From an uncultured virus (IMG/VR IMGVR_UViG_3300025410_000014) (lineage: Duplodnaviria; Heunggongvirae; Uroviricota; Caudoviricetes): a stretch of 64,000 bases of DNA. Position 1 is the first letter of the stretch; every line of letters starts with the position of its first letter. Positions 8,847 through 19,126 of this stretch are shown here, piece by piece. The stretch is taken from IMG/VR virus record IMGVR_UViG_3300025410_000014. One strand, written 5' to 3'. A program made the position numbers and the translations under genes. The notes beneath the pieces are model-generated. The model searched no databases. It worked only from the letters and a program-made list of their open reading frames with translations, and was not told the DNA's origin.

Positions 8847-11800
8847 AATCCATATAGTCTTTGTTACCCAACAAATCTACTAAACGTTTGTCTACAAACA
8901 AACCATGCTCTGTTTGGTCAGATTTAGTCATACGTTCTTTAATAGAATTATTTAAACTTTTTAAAGGTATTCCGACATCTGGGTAGTTACTATTAAATTT
9001 ATCAATTTTTTCCATAGCAGTATCCAAAGATTCATCATCGTTGGACATAAAAGATATTGCATAAAGATTTAATAAATTTTGGCGTTTAGATAATATGGCT
9101 TGTTCTTGGCTCTTAACAGTGATGTTGTAGAACTGACGCTCAGATAGTTCTGAAGAGCGAATACCAAGAGATTGCATAAGCAAGTAGAACGGGCTTACTT
9201 CTTCCATTAGTGGATCGCCACGCAAAGTATTGACACCTTCATTAGCATAGCGGGCGGCGACCATTGGGTTTTTAATGAAAGCTGGCATTAGGGTTTCTAA
9301 TCCTCTATCCGCTTGCCCTTGGTTAAATAATTTTATAGCCTGTGCTACGTTAATGCCAAGACCAACAGTTGGGCCCAAGGCATCAATTAAATGACTTTGT
9401 AACCATTCAACTTCATCTTGATTTTTGCGGTTATCGCGGAACCACATGTCGTCTAGTTTAACGCGATCGGCAAGGTCAATACCTGCTGCGTTACCAATAC
9501 CACGGGTAAGCAATGTACCTACGTTTTGGCCAAACGTTTCAACCATTGTATTAACAAACTCTAGTTCAAAATCAAACGGTTCTTCGTCATCATCGTCGTC
9601 TCTTAAACCATTGATCACAGCGTTAGCAATCAATGATACTGTTGAGAAGCCCCAGAGACCAGTTCCCCCCGCAAATATGCCCGCCATACCCATCGTACCA
9701 ACAAATCTTGCAGTAGCTTCACGTTTTACTTCAGGTGATGCCCCTTTAAACATATTGACAAAATTATGCATTATAAAAAATGTCATTTGTTGCGGGAATT
9801 GTTTGAACTGCAATACCACGCGGGCAGTGGGATTTTGAAAATAACGCGGTTTGTTTGGTGAAGAGTAGTCAAACATTGAACGAGTGGTTGCATCTTTTGC
9901 TTCTGCAACAGATTCAGCAAACGCCCTTTGTTGATCGGGATAACTCTTACGTTTTTCCATGGCCGCGCGGAACGCTGACATCGCAACAACTTCACGGTTA
10001 AATCGTTCTGTGTTATGGAATAACGAAGTTAGGGCTTCCATAATCCTATGAGACGCACCAAAATATTTATCCGTTGGGGCAGATGCAAGACCAGATTGAT
10101 CATAAGTTGCAGTAATATCGATAAGCCCGTCTGCTACAAATCGTCTATATGCCGCTTGGTCTAGTCTAGACATTTTGTTTGATCGGTCTAGCGTGGGGAA
10201 CAATACGCGGTTATCGCGCAGACGCGCACCTGTTTCTAGCCCAAATCCTGTGCCTAATATTTGACCTGTTACTTTACCCATTTCGCCAAGAGCTTTTACA
10301 GTGGCTTTGGTATAGCTCATGTTTGGGTTTGCTTTAACATATTGACCCACCAATGTGGGCAAGCCAATCATCATACCACCTACCACGTTAACAATGGCAG
10401 AAGCGGGCGCAGTCAAATACCAGATAAAACCAACATTAGATAACAAAGAAGGTATTTTGCCTATATCTGTAGGGTTTAGCATCAATTTAAGACGCTTGTC
10501 CATTTCGTCTACATAATCGCTTAGCTCATTGTTTTCCCGCACTGTGCCTATTTCTAAGCCTTTATTAACATCAATTCTGTTTTTGATTTGAGCTTTTGCG
10601 GCTTCAATTTGTGAGAACATTTCAGGTGCATGTTCTAAGCGGGCTAGTTGATACGCCATTTGAAACGACGATGCAGCAAAATTACGCAGAGCATCTTCAG
10701 AGTAACCAGCTATGTTTTGACGATGCACAAACTGATTACGGAAACTACGCTCGGGTTGTATAGACAAAAAAGATTGATAAATACTATCTTTTAATTCTTG
10801 CTTTTGGTCTGTTGTAGTTGCTCCAGAAAAATCAGCTTTTTCCACTGCGTCAAATACAGACTTTAAGAAATTAGATTCTTTAGCATGATGGTCTTGTTGT
10901 TCTGCATAATTGTAGAATGGTTTGACTGTAGTTTCTAATTCTGGGTTCTCAGCCAAACGCCATTCTAAATGAGCTTCCATTTGCCCCAAGGATTCAAACA
11001 TATAGTACTCACGCGTAGCGCCTTTGCCAATCTGATAGGCAAAACGACCATGACGCATTAGCGGGAAGTACGGCCCTTTCATCTTAGTCTTTTCAAATTC
11101 ATTGCGGATTTCTAAAAGAGTTGCTTCAGAAATACCGTGTTTACGCATCATAATGATGCGCTTATTCATGTAGTTTCTATATTCGCTAAATCTATTTTCA
11201 TAGAAATTACGCACATCCTGATAAATTTTTATTGCTTCAGGATGTTTTTTTAATTCTTTCCAATCTGCAAATAGTTCTGAATTATTAACGTCGTTTCTTT
11301 CTGCGTTAGATGGCTTATCTGGATCAACTTCTTTAATCGTTGCAGCATGCATAACCTTAGCCAACAACTTAGAAACCTCTGGCTTAGCAGCCTGCATACG
11401 TTCCCAGCGCTTAGATATGTCGCCTGATACGCGCAAAATATTATTTTTGCGGGCAAGGAAATCTTCAGTAACGCGGACAAAGTTATCTATCTGTGGTATG
11501 CGTTTAGCAACCAAATCACCAATTTGACGTAAAGTTAACGCACCCAATAATGCTGGTCTAAGAGATGCTTTAGCACTGTTGTAAAAAATTGGGAATCTTT
11601 CTTTAACTTCGTTCCAGTTTGATGAATTTAATAACCGTCTAAATGAAGACTGCTGAATACCCATACCCTTGGGTACTACTGTAATTCGTTTTGCAGCGCG
11701 TAGCGCTTTTGGTGTGGAAACAGTTTCTTTGCCTGTCACACCGCCAGATAGCAACAAGTCCGTAGCCCGCATGGCTTCAACCATGACGTTGCTTTCATGG

Positions 11801-14800
11801 CCAGGTTTGACACCAAATAATTTAGAGATTGAATTGGTAAATTGAGTCCACAACGAGAACGGCGCGGCTTTGTAACGTAGCCCGCGTAATAAGTATTGAA
11901 ACTCAGGGTTGGTCATTGCCTCTGACACAAACTCGTGCAAGTCTTGTAGACCATAGATGTTATCGTCGGTCATACCTTGCAAAGACAACACACCCTTGGC
12001 GTGATTGTACAACTCTAAGAGTTTGTCGTAGCCTTCTTTGCGAGCACCTGTCAACTCATCTGGGTTGTCAATCAATCCGATTGTTGCCGCATGTAACGCT
12101 TCGTGTAGAAATAGATGATCAGTTATGCCCGCGCTACTGCCGCGCAATACTATTTCATCAGTGCTTGGGTCGTATTTACCAATCCAAGCAAATTGTTTTT
12201 GAACTAATTCGGCCGTCTGTTGCAATATTTCATTATGCGCGCTATCAGGCTTAAACGAACCTTTTAGTCGTTCAAGTGCTGCTTGAATCTCATTGAGCTT
12301 ATTTGAATTAAGCAATGACAAAAGAACTGCGTGTTCACTAGCGGGTAAAAGTGCAACCACTCCATCTGACAACGCTTTTAATTGCCCGTTTAAAGTTTCT
12401 TTAACTTTTGGGTCGCTAGATAAAGACTCAACGGCGTCTTTGCTAATCAATCTTGATGTAGCAGTAATACCTGCGTCAAGCAAACGATTGGCCAACTCTT
12501 TATAGTAAGTATTACCTTCAGCTTCGGCTACAAGTTGCAGTGCTTGTTTAACATTACCACTTTCCAGCAAACGTCGAATGGCTGGATGCACTGAAGAAAT
12601 TTCTCTAACGTGAGGCAGATTACGCCTAGAAGTTTTTGGTTCTTCTATTTCTTCCTGTTCACCTGCTTCAGTTTCAGCTTCTTTTATAGCTTCATATTTA
12701 GGAGCTCTAGGTATTTTGCGGCTTGAAGATTTTTCAGCGCGCTTAATTTTGTTTTCTGTTTTTTGCAGTCTTCTATCAATATTGTATTTTGAAACTGCAT
12801 TGGCGTGTTTTTGTTGCTCTGCAATATGGTCGCGTTGTTCTTGAATTAATTTTTTAAGAACTTCAACTGTGTCTTTGCTTAAATTTTGTTCAATCCATTC
12901 TTTAAATCTAAGCGCATATTTTCCGCCTTCGCCATGAAAAGTAGAGTTAGCGCCGTGATTTTTAGGGTAGGCTTCAAAGTGTGCAATATCATAAGCTAAG
13001 TCAGTCAACGCATCGCCAAATGATTTACGGCTCATATTGTTTAAATATGAGAACGCAGCTAACGCATTTTTTGAAGGTTGATAATATACAACATCCGCCA
13101 AACTTCTTATTGCTGCCCTTAACTTAGGGTCTTGAATAAGATGTTTTTTTTCTACGTTGCGTATGCTGGGCCTGCGTGGAGAACCGTCAGGCATTTTACC
13201 TGGAGCTACGGACTCACCAACAATGTGAGACACTTCTTCGGGATGAGGCATTATGGCCCTGTGCTCACCTGTCCCATACACGGGTGTGTTTCTACGGGGT
13301 ATATTTATACCTGTTCCGCTATTTTTTATGTTGTCTAATCGACGTTGCAATTCGCCGCTAAATTCTTGCAATCCACGACGAGTTGTTAAATCAGGTAGAT
13401 TGTGGTCTTTAAATAGTCTTGACTGCTGAAAGATAGTTGAATTTTTCAAACGCGCCATTAACGCTTTTAATTTTTTCGCGCCACCCACACGGTCGGCAAG
13501 AAAATCTAATACTTGTTTTAGACCTTCACTTGTTCTTTCACCTGGTTTTGCAATATCAAATTCAAATGTTTTGTTTGTAAGAACTTTTTTTAGATCGGCG
13601 TGTTTCTTTTTTTCGTCTTCTGTTTCGGAAGCAGATTTAATATCATCAAAAAAACCTTTGATGATTTGGCCTTCTTCTGTTTCGGCTATATGCTCTTCTT
13701 CTGCTTCTTTATCAGGCGCACGATTTGATGTTTCTTTTTCTCCTTCTTCTCTTTCTTCACCTATTAATTCAGTTTCTTCTGGCTCTTCTAACTCTTTTGG
13801 TTCTTCAAAATCTTCTTCGGTTAAATTTTCATTTGCATGTGCGCCAAACTCTTCAGCTTTAGCTTGTCTTTCTTGGCGTTTCTTTTCAATCTTTTCTTTT
13901 AGCTCTTCAGCTTGAGCTTGTGTCTCAGCTCTCTTTTTGCGCTGATCCTCAGTAAGCATCATGTCCAACATATCGTATTGTGTTGGAAATCTTTCTCTAG
14001 CAGTTTTTGGTTTAGGTGGTGCGTTTTTAGCTTCTATATCTTTAGATAATTCTTGCGCACGTTCATTGGCTAAGTCTTCTTTTGTTTTACCAAATACAGA
14101 ACCAAGACTTTCTGGTTCTTCTATACCAACTTTTTCTTCCTTACTGCCTTTGAACAGTTCGCCCTGCATAGCACGGGGTTTACTTACTACTTTTTCCCCA
14201 AACTTTAAATGCATTGCAGTTGTATTGTCTAAACCTTGCGCATCTACCAATTTACGCAAATCCGCCTGCATCTTATAAAGAGTATCAAACTGACTTTCCG
14301 TTTTATTGGGTTTATCATTAAGTTCGATTATTCTATTTAGCAAATAATCGTAAGAATCTACAAAATCAGTTGTAGCCAAAGGCTTGGTAGCGGGCGTTGC
14401 TTGTCCTTGCGGCGTTGTTTGCTGGGTTTCAGAGGTTTGAGTGCCACTTACTGTTGTTCCTTGTTCAATTTTTTCGTTCTTAGGTATTACACCTAATTTT
14501 TTACCAGCCTCAAAAATTTGATTTTTTACTTCAGCAGTAATAGACGGATCATTTGCAATAGACTGTCTAAAATCTGCATTGCCTAAATCAACGGGAACAA
14601 AAGGCCAATCTGGATTCCATCCCGCTTTCTTTTGCTCGTCTAAAGCTAGTTGACGTACTGTACTTACTGCAGGGGGTTGGCCCGCTTCTCCAGCATTAGG
14701 TGATCCAACATTCGCTCCAGGAGAAACCACTCCTGCGGTTTGAGTTGCTGGAGCTCCTGCGGGAGGGGCCACGTTTGTACTGGGTTGTCCAGCCAGTCCA

Positions 14801-15858
14801 GTGCTTGTTCCACTTGGTGGATTGATAGGTTGTTTAACATCTTCTGGTTCCTTTGTCATTTGGTCTATTACAGACCCTTGAGATACGCCTTTTAATATGT
14901 TTTGTGCGCCAGGTTTCTGGCGGGCATTGTAGGTATCGGAAACATGACTATACGCTCCCATGGGGCCACCTAGCAATAGGGCTCCGCCCGCAGCATCCAT
15001 ATATTCTTTGGCTGCGTCGGGGTCAGAAAATGGGTTTAATGGTAGCCCTGCTTGCCAGCGCTCCAACACTTGCTGTGCAACTTCTTGAGGAACCTCAAAC
15101 GCCAAGCCTTCTGCAGCTCCTTTAGCCACGGCGCGTCTGTAAGCGCCAGGTTTTGTAGCTGCTTGAACAATTTCCATTGCTGTCTTTTCAGCAGCTTCTT
15201 TGCCCTCTATGCCAACCAAGCGGCCAAGTGGTTTGAAAAACTTGAAGCCCATAACATCAAGCGCCGTCTGACCTGCCGCCGCTACTAGTGCGGGCATGCG
15301 GTTGATGTCTTCGTATTTCTTACCAGCTTTCTCCTGTTCTTGCTTTTGGCGAGATATGTTATCTGCCAGGTAAGAACCAAGAGCGGTCAAACCAAACGCA
15401 GCCGTACCAATTGCAGCGGCGGGTAATTCAAGTGGCGCGGCCAGCACAGTCGCTGCGCCAAGACCAGCCGCATAGGCTGGGGCCATTGTGCCTAGTGATG
15501 ATCCTGCGACTTCTTTGAACTTATCAACTGTTTGACCAAGAGCTTGACCATAGTTGCCTTCGTTGAAGGCTTTACCAATGTCGCTAAATTGAGTCTGTTT
15601 ATAAGCATTATCTGATTCCTGACTGGCTTTGAGGATGTCATTTGTTGCTTTCTTTTGTCCTACGCCCGCAAACAACGCAAGGGTAGGTATGGCAGTTTTA
15701 GCACGTTCTCTTAATGAAGTTCCAAATGATCCAAAGAACCCACCTTTTTCTGTGGGTTCTTGCTTTTGTTCAAAAGGATCCACAATAGGTGTTTGCGTTT
15801 CCGCAAACGAATCTACAATAGATGGTTCTTTTGCAGCAAATGGATCAACAATCGCCAT
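8845..15858 (-). CDS. Large internal virion/ejection protein, polyvalent-type (2337 aa)
   Basis: Last gene of structural arm; HExxH LHEALH plus HEFVSEA; YFPLMRHG (PLxRFG-like). Confidence 0.75.
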   Translation of the reverse strand: MAIVDPFAAKEPSIVDSFAETQTPIVDPFEQKQEPTEKGGFFGSFGTSLRERAKTAIPTLALFAGVGQKKATNDILKASQESDNAYKQTQFSDIGKAFNEGNYGQALGQTVDKFKEVAGSSLGTMAPAYAAGLGAATVLAAPLELPAAAIGTAAFGLTALGSYLADNISRQKQEQEKAGKKYEDINRMPALVAAAGQTALDVMGFKFFKPLGRLVGIEGKEAAEKTAMEIVQAATKPGAYRRAVAKGAAEGLAFEVPQEVAQQVLERWQAGLPLNPFSDPDAAKEYMDAAGGALLLGGPMGAYSHVSDTYNARQKPGAQNILKGVSQGSVIDQMTKEPEDVKQPINPPSGTSTGLAGQPSTNVAPPAGAPATQTAGVVSPGANVGSPNAGEAGQPPAVSTVRQLALDEQKKAGWNPDWPFVPVDLGNADFRQSIANDPSITAEVKNQIFEAGKKLGVIPKNEKIEQGTTVSGTQTSETQQTTPQGQATPATKPLATTDFVDSYDYLLNRIIELNDKPNKTESQFDTLYKMQADLRKLVDAQGLDNTTAMHLKFGEKVVSKPRAMQGELFKGSKEEKVGIEEPESLGSVFGKTKEDLANERAQELSKDIEAKNAPPKPKTARERFPTQYDMLDMMLTEDQRKKRAETQAQAEELKEKIEKKRQERQAKAEEFGAHANENLTEEDFEEPKELEEPEETELIGEEREEGEKETSNRAPDKEAEEEHIAETEEGQIIKGFFDDIKSASETEDEKKKHADLKKVLTNKTFEFDIAKPGERTSEGLKQVLDFLADRVGGAKKLKALMARLKNSTIFQQSRLFKDHNLPDLTTRRGLQEFSGELQRRLDNIKNSGTGINIPRRNTPVYGTGEHRAIMPHPEEVSHIVGESVAPGKMPDGSPRRPSIRNVEKKHLIQDPKLRAAIRSLADVVYYQPSKNALAAFSYLNNMSRKSFGDALTDLAYDIAHFEAYPKNHGANSTFHGEGGKYALRFKEWIEQNLSKDTVEVLKKLIQEQRDHIAEQQKHANAVSKYNIDRRLQKTENKIKRAEKSSSRKIPRAPKYEAIKEAETEAGEQEEIEEPKTSRRNLPHVREISSVHPAIRRLLESGNVKQALQLVAEAEGNTYYKELANRLLDAGITATSRLISKDAVESLSSDPKVKETLNGQLKALSDGVVALLPASEHAVLLSLLNSNKLNEIQAALERLKGSFKPDSAHNEILQQTAELVQKQFAWIGKYDPSTDEIVLRGSSAGITDHLFLHEALHAATIGLIDNPDELTGARKEGYDKLLELYNHAKGVLSLQGMTDDNIYGLQDLHEFVSEAMTNPEFQYLLRGLRYKAAPFSLWTQFTNSISKLFGVKPGHESNVMVEAMRATDLLLSGGVTGKETVSTPKALRAAKRITVVPKGMGIQQSSFRRLLNSSNWNEVKERFPIFYNSAKASLRPALLGALTLRQIGDLVAKRIPQIDNFVRVTEDFLARKNNILRVSGDISKRWERMQAAKPEVSKLLAKVMHAATIKEVDPDKPSNAERNDVNNSELFADWKELKKHPEAIKIYQDVRNFYENRFSEYRNYMNKRIIMMRKHGISEATLLEIRNEFEKTKMKGPYFPLMRHGRFAYQIGKGATREYYMFESLGQMEAHLEWRLAENPELETTVKPFYNYAEQQDHHAKESNFLKSVFDAVEKADFSGATTTDQKQELKDSIYQSFLSIQPERSFRNQFVHRQNIAGYSEDALRNFAASSFQMAYQLARLEHAPEMFSQIEAAKAQIKNRIDVNKGLEIGTVRENNELSDYVDEMDKRLKLMLNPTDIGKIPSLLSNVGFIWYLTAPASAIVNVVGGMMIGLPTLVGQYVKANPNMSYTKATVKALGEMGKVTGQILGTGFGLETGARLRDNRVLFPTLDRSNKMSRLDQAAYRRFVADGLIDITATYDQSGLASAPTDKYFGASHRIMEALTSLFHNTERFNREVVAMSAFRAAMEKRKSYPDQQRAFAESVAEAKDATTRSMFDYSSPNKPRYFQNPTARVVLQFKQFPQQMTFFIMHNFVNMFKGASPEVKREATARFVGTMGMAGIFAGGTGLWGFSTVSLIANAVINGLRDDDDDEEPFDFELEFVNTMVETFGQNVGTLLTRGIGNAAGIDLADRVKLDDMWFRDNRKNQDEVEWLQSHLIDALGPTVGLGINVAQAIKLFNQGQADRGLETLMPAFIKNPMVAARYANEGVNTLRGDPLMEEVSPFYLLMQSLGIRSSELSERQFYNITVKSQEQAILSKRQNLLNLYAISFMSNDDESLDTAMEKIDKFNSNYPDVGIPLKSLNNSIKERMTKSDQTEHGLFVDKRLVDLLGNKDYMD

Positions 15859-15869
15859 ATTAAATTCCT

Positions 15870-18164
15870 TTATTTATATTTGGAATTGTAATACGTTGTT
15901 AGTGCTGCGTCTGAAACTCCTGGGTTCAATGTTCTAGCTGCGTTTAAAAAAGTATCTAAATCAGGTTTATTCCCTGGTGGTGGCATATTAGTTTCTGGTT
16001 TAAATGGAAATTCTCTTCGCACATCTTTTTCAATTTCTCTTCTTGCAGCCAGTAGTTTATCGCGATCTTCTGGTTTTAATTTAGGACTTTGTAATTTACT
16101 GTCAATGAGCCCAACACGCTTATCTATTTGCGTTTGAATCATATTTTCATGTTCAACTTTTTTATCTGGCTGATCATATTTTTTACCTTGCACTGCAGAT
16201 TCTGCGGTCGCGCGAGTTTTAACTAATGCTTCAACAGCAGCAGTTCCAGAACCAGGCTTTGCTTTTTCTGCAGCAGCATATGTTTCATTCATTTGTTTTT
16301 CAAAACGTTCTGCTTCAGAAGGTTTATTTGCTGTAACTTGTGCAGCTAAAAGATGCAACTGAGCCGATCTAAGTTGGAAGTCTCCACTAATTTGTTGGCC
16401 AATAATATGACCAGCAGTTTGTTGCGCCGCAGCATCGGAAGAACCACGAGTTTTAGCAAGCGTTTCTATAAGGGAAACTCCTTTATTGTTCCATTCTTGT
16501 AAGCCTTTAGCTTTTTCTTTTCTAATAGCACGAAGTTCTGTAACATTACCAACCCGTATTGCTTGATCTTCTTTTTCAATAGACTCCAAAACTTTGTCTT
16601 TGGCTTCAGCAAATTGCATTTGTGCTTCGCGTTCTTCGCGCATTTGTTTAGCACCTGTTGCGCCAACATCCCCATAGCGGGCACCGCGTGCAGAGTAAGT
16701 ATGACCTAATTCAAGCAATTGCTCTAATGTAGATGGCCTATTGGCTTGGAACATTTTTTCTAAATTGTCCAATTGAGCACGGCGGTTTTCACTAAACTTG
16801 CCAAGGTCAAAAGCGTTTCCTTCAGATTTTAGTCTTTCCACTTCATTTTTTTGACTATATTCTTCAGGTTTAGTTTTTTCGTGTTCCGCTATTGCTTGGG
16901 CTTCAAATGGATTAGCCATTTTTAAAGCATTAGTTAACTTAAGAATACCAGCAGGAGTAGCGTCTACATTACTAGATTGTAATTTTGGTAGACCAGAAAT
17001 ACCAGGAGCTCCAGCAGCGGGTGCTGCGCTAGCGCCAGGAGCAGCAACGGGCGCGGGTTTCCCATTTTGTGTATTTTGTATAGCTTCTAAAATAGCTCTT
17101 TGTTTTGGATCAGTAACTGCTTTTACACCTAGTCCAGGATTTGCTGGAGTATTGTCAACGGGCATAACACTTGTATTACCAAATGGTGCAGGTTGTATAG
17201 TAGGCGCAGCGGGCGTCGTTGTTGGCGCAGCGGGCGTTAAATTAGCGGGGCCTTGGGCCGCTATATTTCTTTGAGATCCAGTATTTGTATTACCAAAATA
17301 GTCAAGTACGCTGTTTAATTGATTTAAAGCTGAACCTTGGCCACGAGGCAAAAGATTGGTACGTTGAATAGCGCCACTTGCTTCTCCTGGAGGAGCTGCA
17401 TAATCTTGGGAGTTAAGCAAAGCAGCAAGAATTGCAGGGTCTATATTCCTGCGTGCTGTATTTGCTGCTGCGCCTTCTTCGGGGGTCACTAAAAGTCTAT
17501 CTTTACCTAATGGTAAAGTTTGACCATCGTTGCTTAGTTGAGCAATACCGCCTAAAGCAGGTTGATTGCTGTCATCAGAAGGCAAAGTTTGATTGTCATT
17601 ACTTAGCTGTGGGATTACTAATTTGTCTTCTACTTTACCTTTGCTGGCAAACGCAACAATACCACCATCAGCAAAGTTAAACATGCGAGGATCAACGGGC
17701 GCATGCATAATGCCACCACCAGCAGCAGCTTGTTCTGCTGGTGCCTGTTCAGGTTCAGCTTGTTCTTCTTGCGCTCCCATATTTGGGGTTGCAGAAGGCT
17801 GGGGGACAGGATGAGGAATGCCGCCTGAAGGCACAACAGCCCCAGGTACAGGCGCGCCCATAGCATTTCGTTGTGCGTTTTGCAAAGCCAAGATACCAGA
17901 CATCTGCTGGGTCTTTTGGGCGATTGTGGGGGGAGGCCCGCCTTGGTCGCCTTGCAATGCTTTTTGTCTAGCGTCGGCCGCTAGAGCTTTATTGATCTGT
18001 TCTTGTTTTCCAAGCAACAAAAACTGCGCAAACGGCGAAGTAGGATTGCTTAAAAGTTTTTGTATTTCTTGAAGCGAAGAAGTATTGTTGGGCATACCCT
18101 CCAACAAAGCCTGTTGCTTGTCGTAGTTTATTTGCCCAGGTTGGGGAATGTTAGAGCCGTACAT
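15870..18164 (-). CDS. Putative internal virion/ejection protein
   Basis: 764 aa, A/P/Q-rich then helical; FADGGIVAF motif; position in ejection-gene block. Confidence 0.6.
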   Translation of the reverse strand: MYGSNIPQPGQINYDKQQALLEGMPNNTSSLQEIQKLLSNPTSPFAQFLLLGKQEQINKALAADARQKALQGDQGGPPPTIAQKTQQMSGILALQNAQRNAMGAPVPGAVVPSGGIPHPVPQPSATPNMGAQEEQAEPEQAPAEQAAAGGGIMHAPVDPRMFNFADGGIVAFASKGKVEDKLVIPQLSNDNQTLPSDDSNQPALGGIAQLSNDGQTLPLGKDRLLVTPEEGAAANTARRNIDPAILAALLNSQDYAAPPGEASGAIQRTNLLPRGQGSALNQLNSVLDYFGNTNTGSQRNIAAQGPANLTPAAPTTTPAAPTIQPAPFGNTSVMPVDNTPANPGLGVKAVTDPKQRAILEAIQNTQNGKPAPVAAPGASAAPAAGAPGISGLPKLQSSNVDATPAGILKLTNALKMANPFEAQAIAEHEKTKPEEYSQKNEVERLKSEGNAFDLGKFSENRRAQLDNLEKMFQANRPSTLEQLLELGHTYSARGARYGDVGATGAKQMREEREAQMQFAEAKDKVLESIEKEDQAIRVGNVTELRAIRKEKAKGLQEWNNKGVSLIETLAKTRGSSDAAAQQTAGHIIGQQISGDFQLRSAQLHLLAAQVTANKPSEAERFEKQMNETYAAAEKAKPGSGTAAVEALVKTRATAESAVQGKKYDQPDKKVEHENMIQTQIDKRVGLIDSKLQSPKLKPEDRDKLLAARREIEKDVRREFPFKPETNMPPPGNKPDLDTFLNAARTLNPGVSDAALTTYYNSKYK

Positions 18165-19117
18165 TATTTGCCCCCAGTAGTTCCACTAGATGTTGATGAT
18201 GTTGTTGGCGTTGTATTGTATAACCCTAATGTTTTTAACAATGTAGCCATATCTGTTGTTGCGCCAATAAGTTGTTGCGTTGGCGTTTGCTGCATCGGTA
18301 TGTTGGATACAGTAGAAATTGGCAATCCAGTTAATAATGATTGCAAAAACTGCACTTGCTGTTCTGGGTAGTTTCGTTGGTTTACAAACTCATTGTAATC
18401 CGCAGTGACGCCCGCTTGGTTAAGAGCTTGCTGTTGACCACCAATACCAGCCAATGTGTTAGCCAAATTTTGGCCTTGAGTTTGCTCAGTATTAAATTGA
18501 TTAACTGCGTTGTTATACGCAGTGTTATAGCCTTGACCAATCAAACCTGCTTGTTGAGCCAATAAATTACCTTCACCAACACCTTGCGCCACGGCTTGGC
18601 GGCTACCACCAAATGCGCCTTGGCTAGTTAGATTACCCAACAACTTTTGTTGATCTTGCTGAGATTGATATGTTAATGCATCAAGCTGGGGTTGCAATGA
18701 AGCCTGCAAATAAGGGTTCATGTATTGGCTAGCAATACTGTTATTTGCACCACCTGTTACGTTTGGCGTCTGCCCAAACCCACCTGTTTGTCCTGCACCT
18801 GCTTGTGAAACTAACGAAGTTTCAGAAGGCGTATTTGTATTAGGAGCAGCAGGTGCACCTGCGCTAGAGAAACTTTGACCATAGTTTTGAGGCAAATTAA
18901 TACTACCTAAACCTTGGAATAAATTCTGTTGCAGACTAGATGGGCCAGCAGTCAGTGGGCCTTGATATGTCTGATAAGGCATGTTGGCAAGGGCTTGACC
19001 TTGTGCCAACATACCTGTTACATAGGGGCCCGCCCATGAAGATACATTACCTTCATTAGCTGATCCAGCATTGGGAGAACCTTGAGCGCCTGGGGCTACG
19101 ACTGATGTAGTTGTCAT
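18164..19117 (-). CDS. Putative internal virion (pilot-like) protein
   Basis: YMNPY...GAFGGSRQA motifs; Q/G/A-rich. Confidence 0.65.
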   Translation of the reverse strand: MTTTSVVAPGAQGSPNAGSANEGNVSSWAGPYVTGMLAQGQALANMPYQTYQGPLTAGPSSLQQNLFQGLGSINLPQNYGQSFSSAGAPAAPNTNTPSETSLVSQAGAGQTGGFGQTPNVTGGANNSIASQYMNPYLQASLQPQLDALTYQSQQDQQKLLGNLTSQGAFGGSRQAVAQGVGEGNLLAQQAGLIGQGYNTAYNNAVNQFNTEQTQGQNLANTLAGIGGQQQALNQAGVTADYNEFVNQRNYPEQQVQFLQSLLTGLPISTVSNIPMQQTPTQQLIGATTDMATLLKTLGLYNTTPTTSSTSSGTTGGK

Positions 19118-19126
19118 GATTGATCC

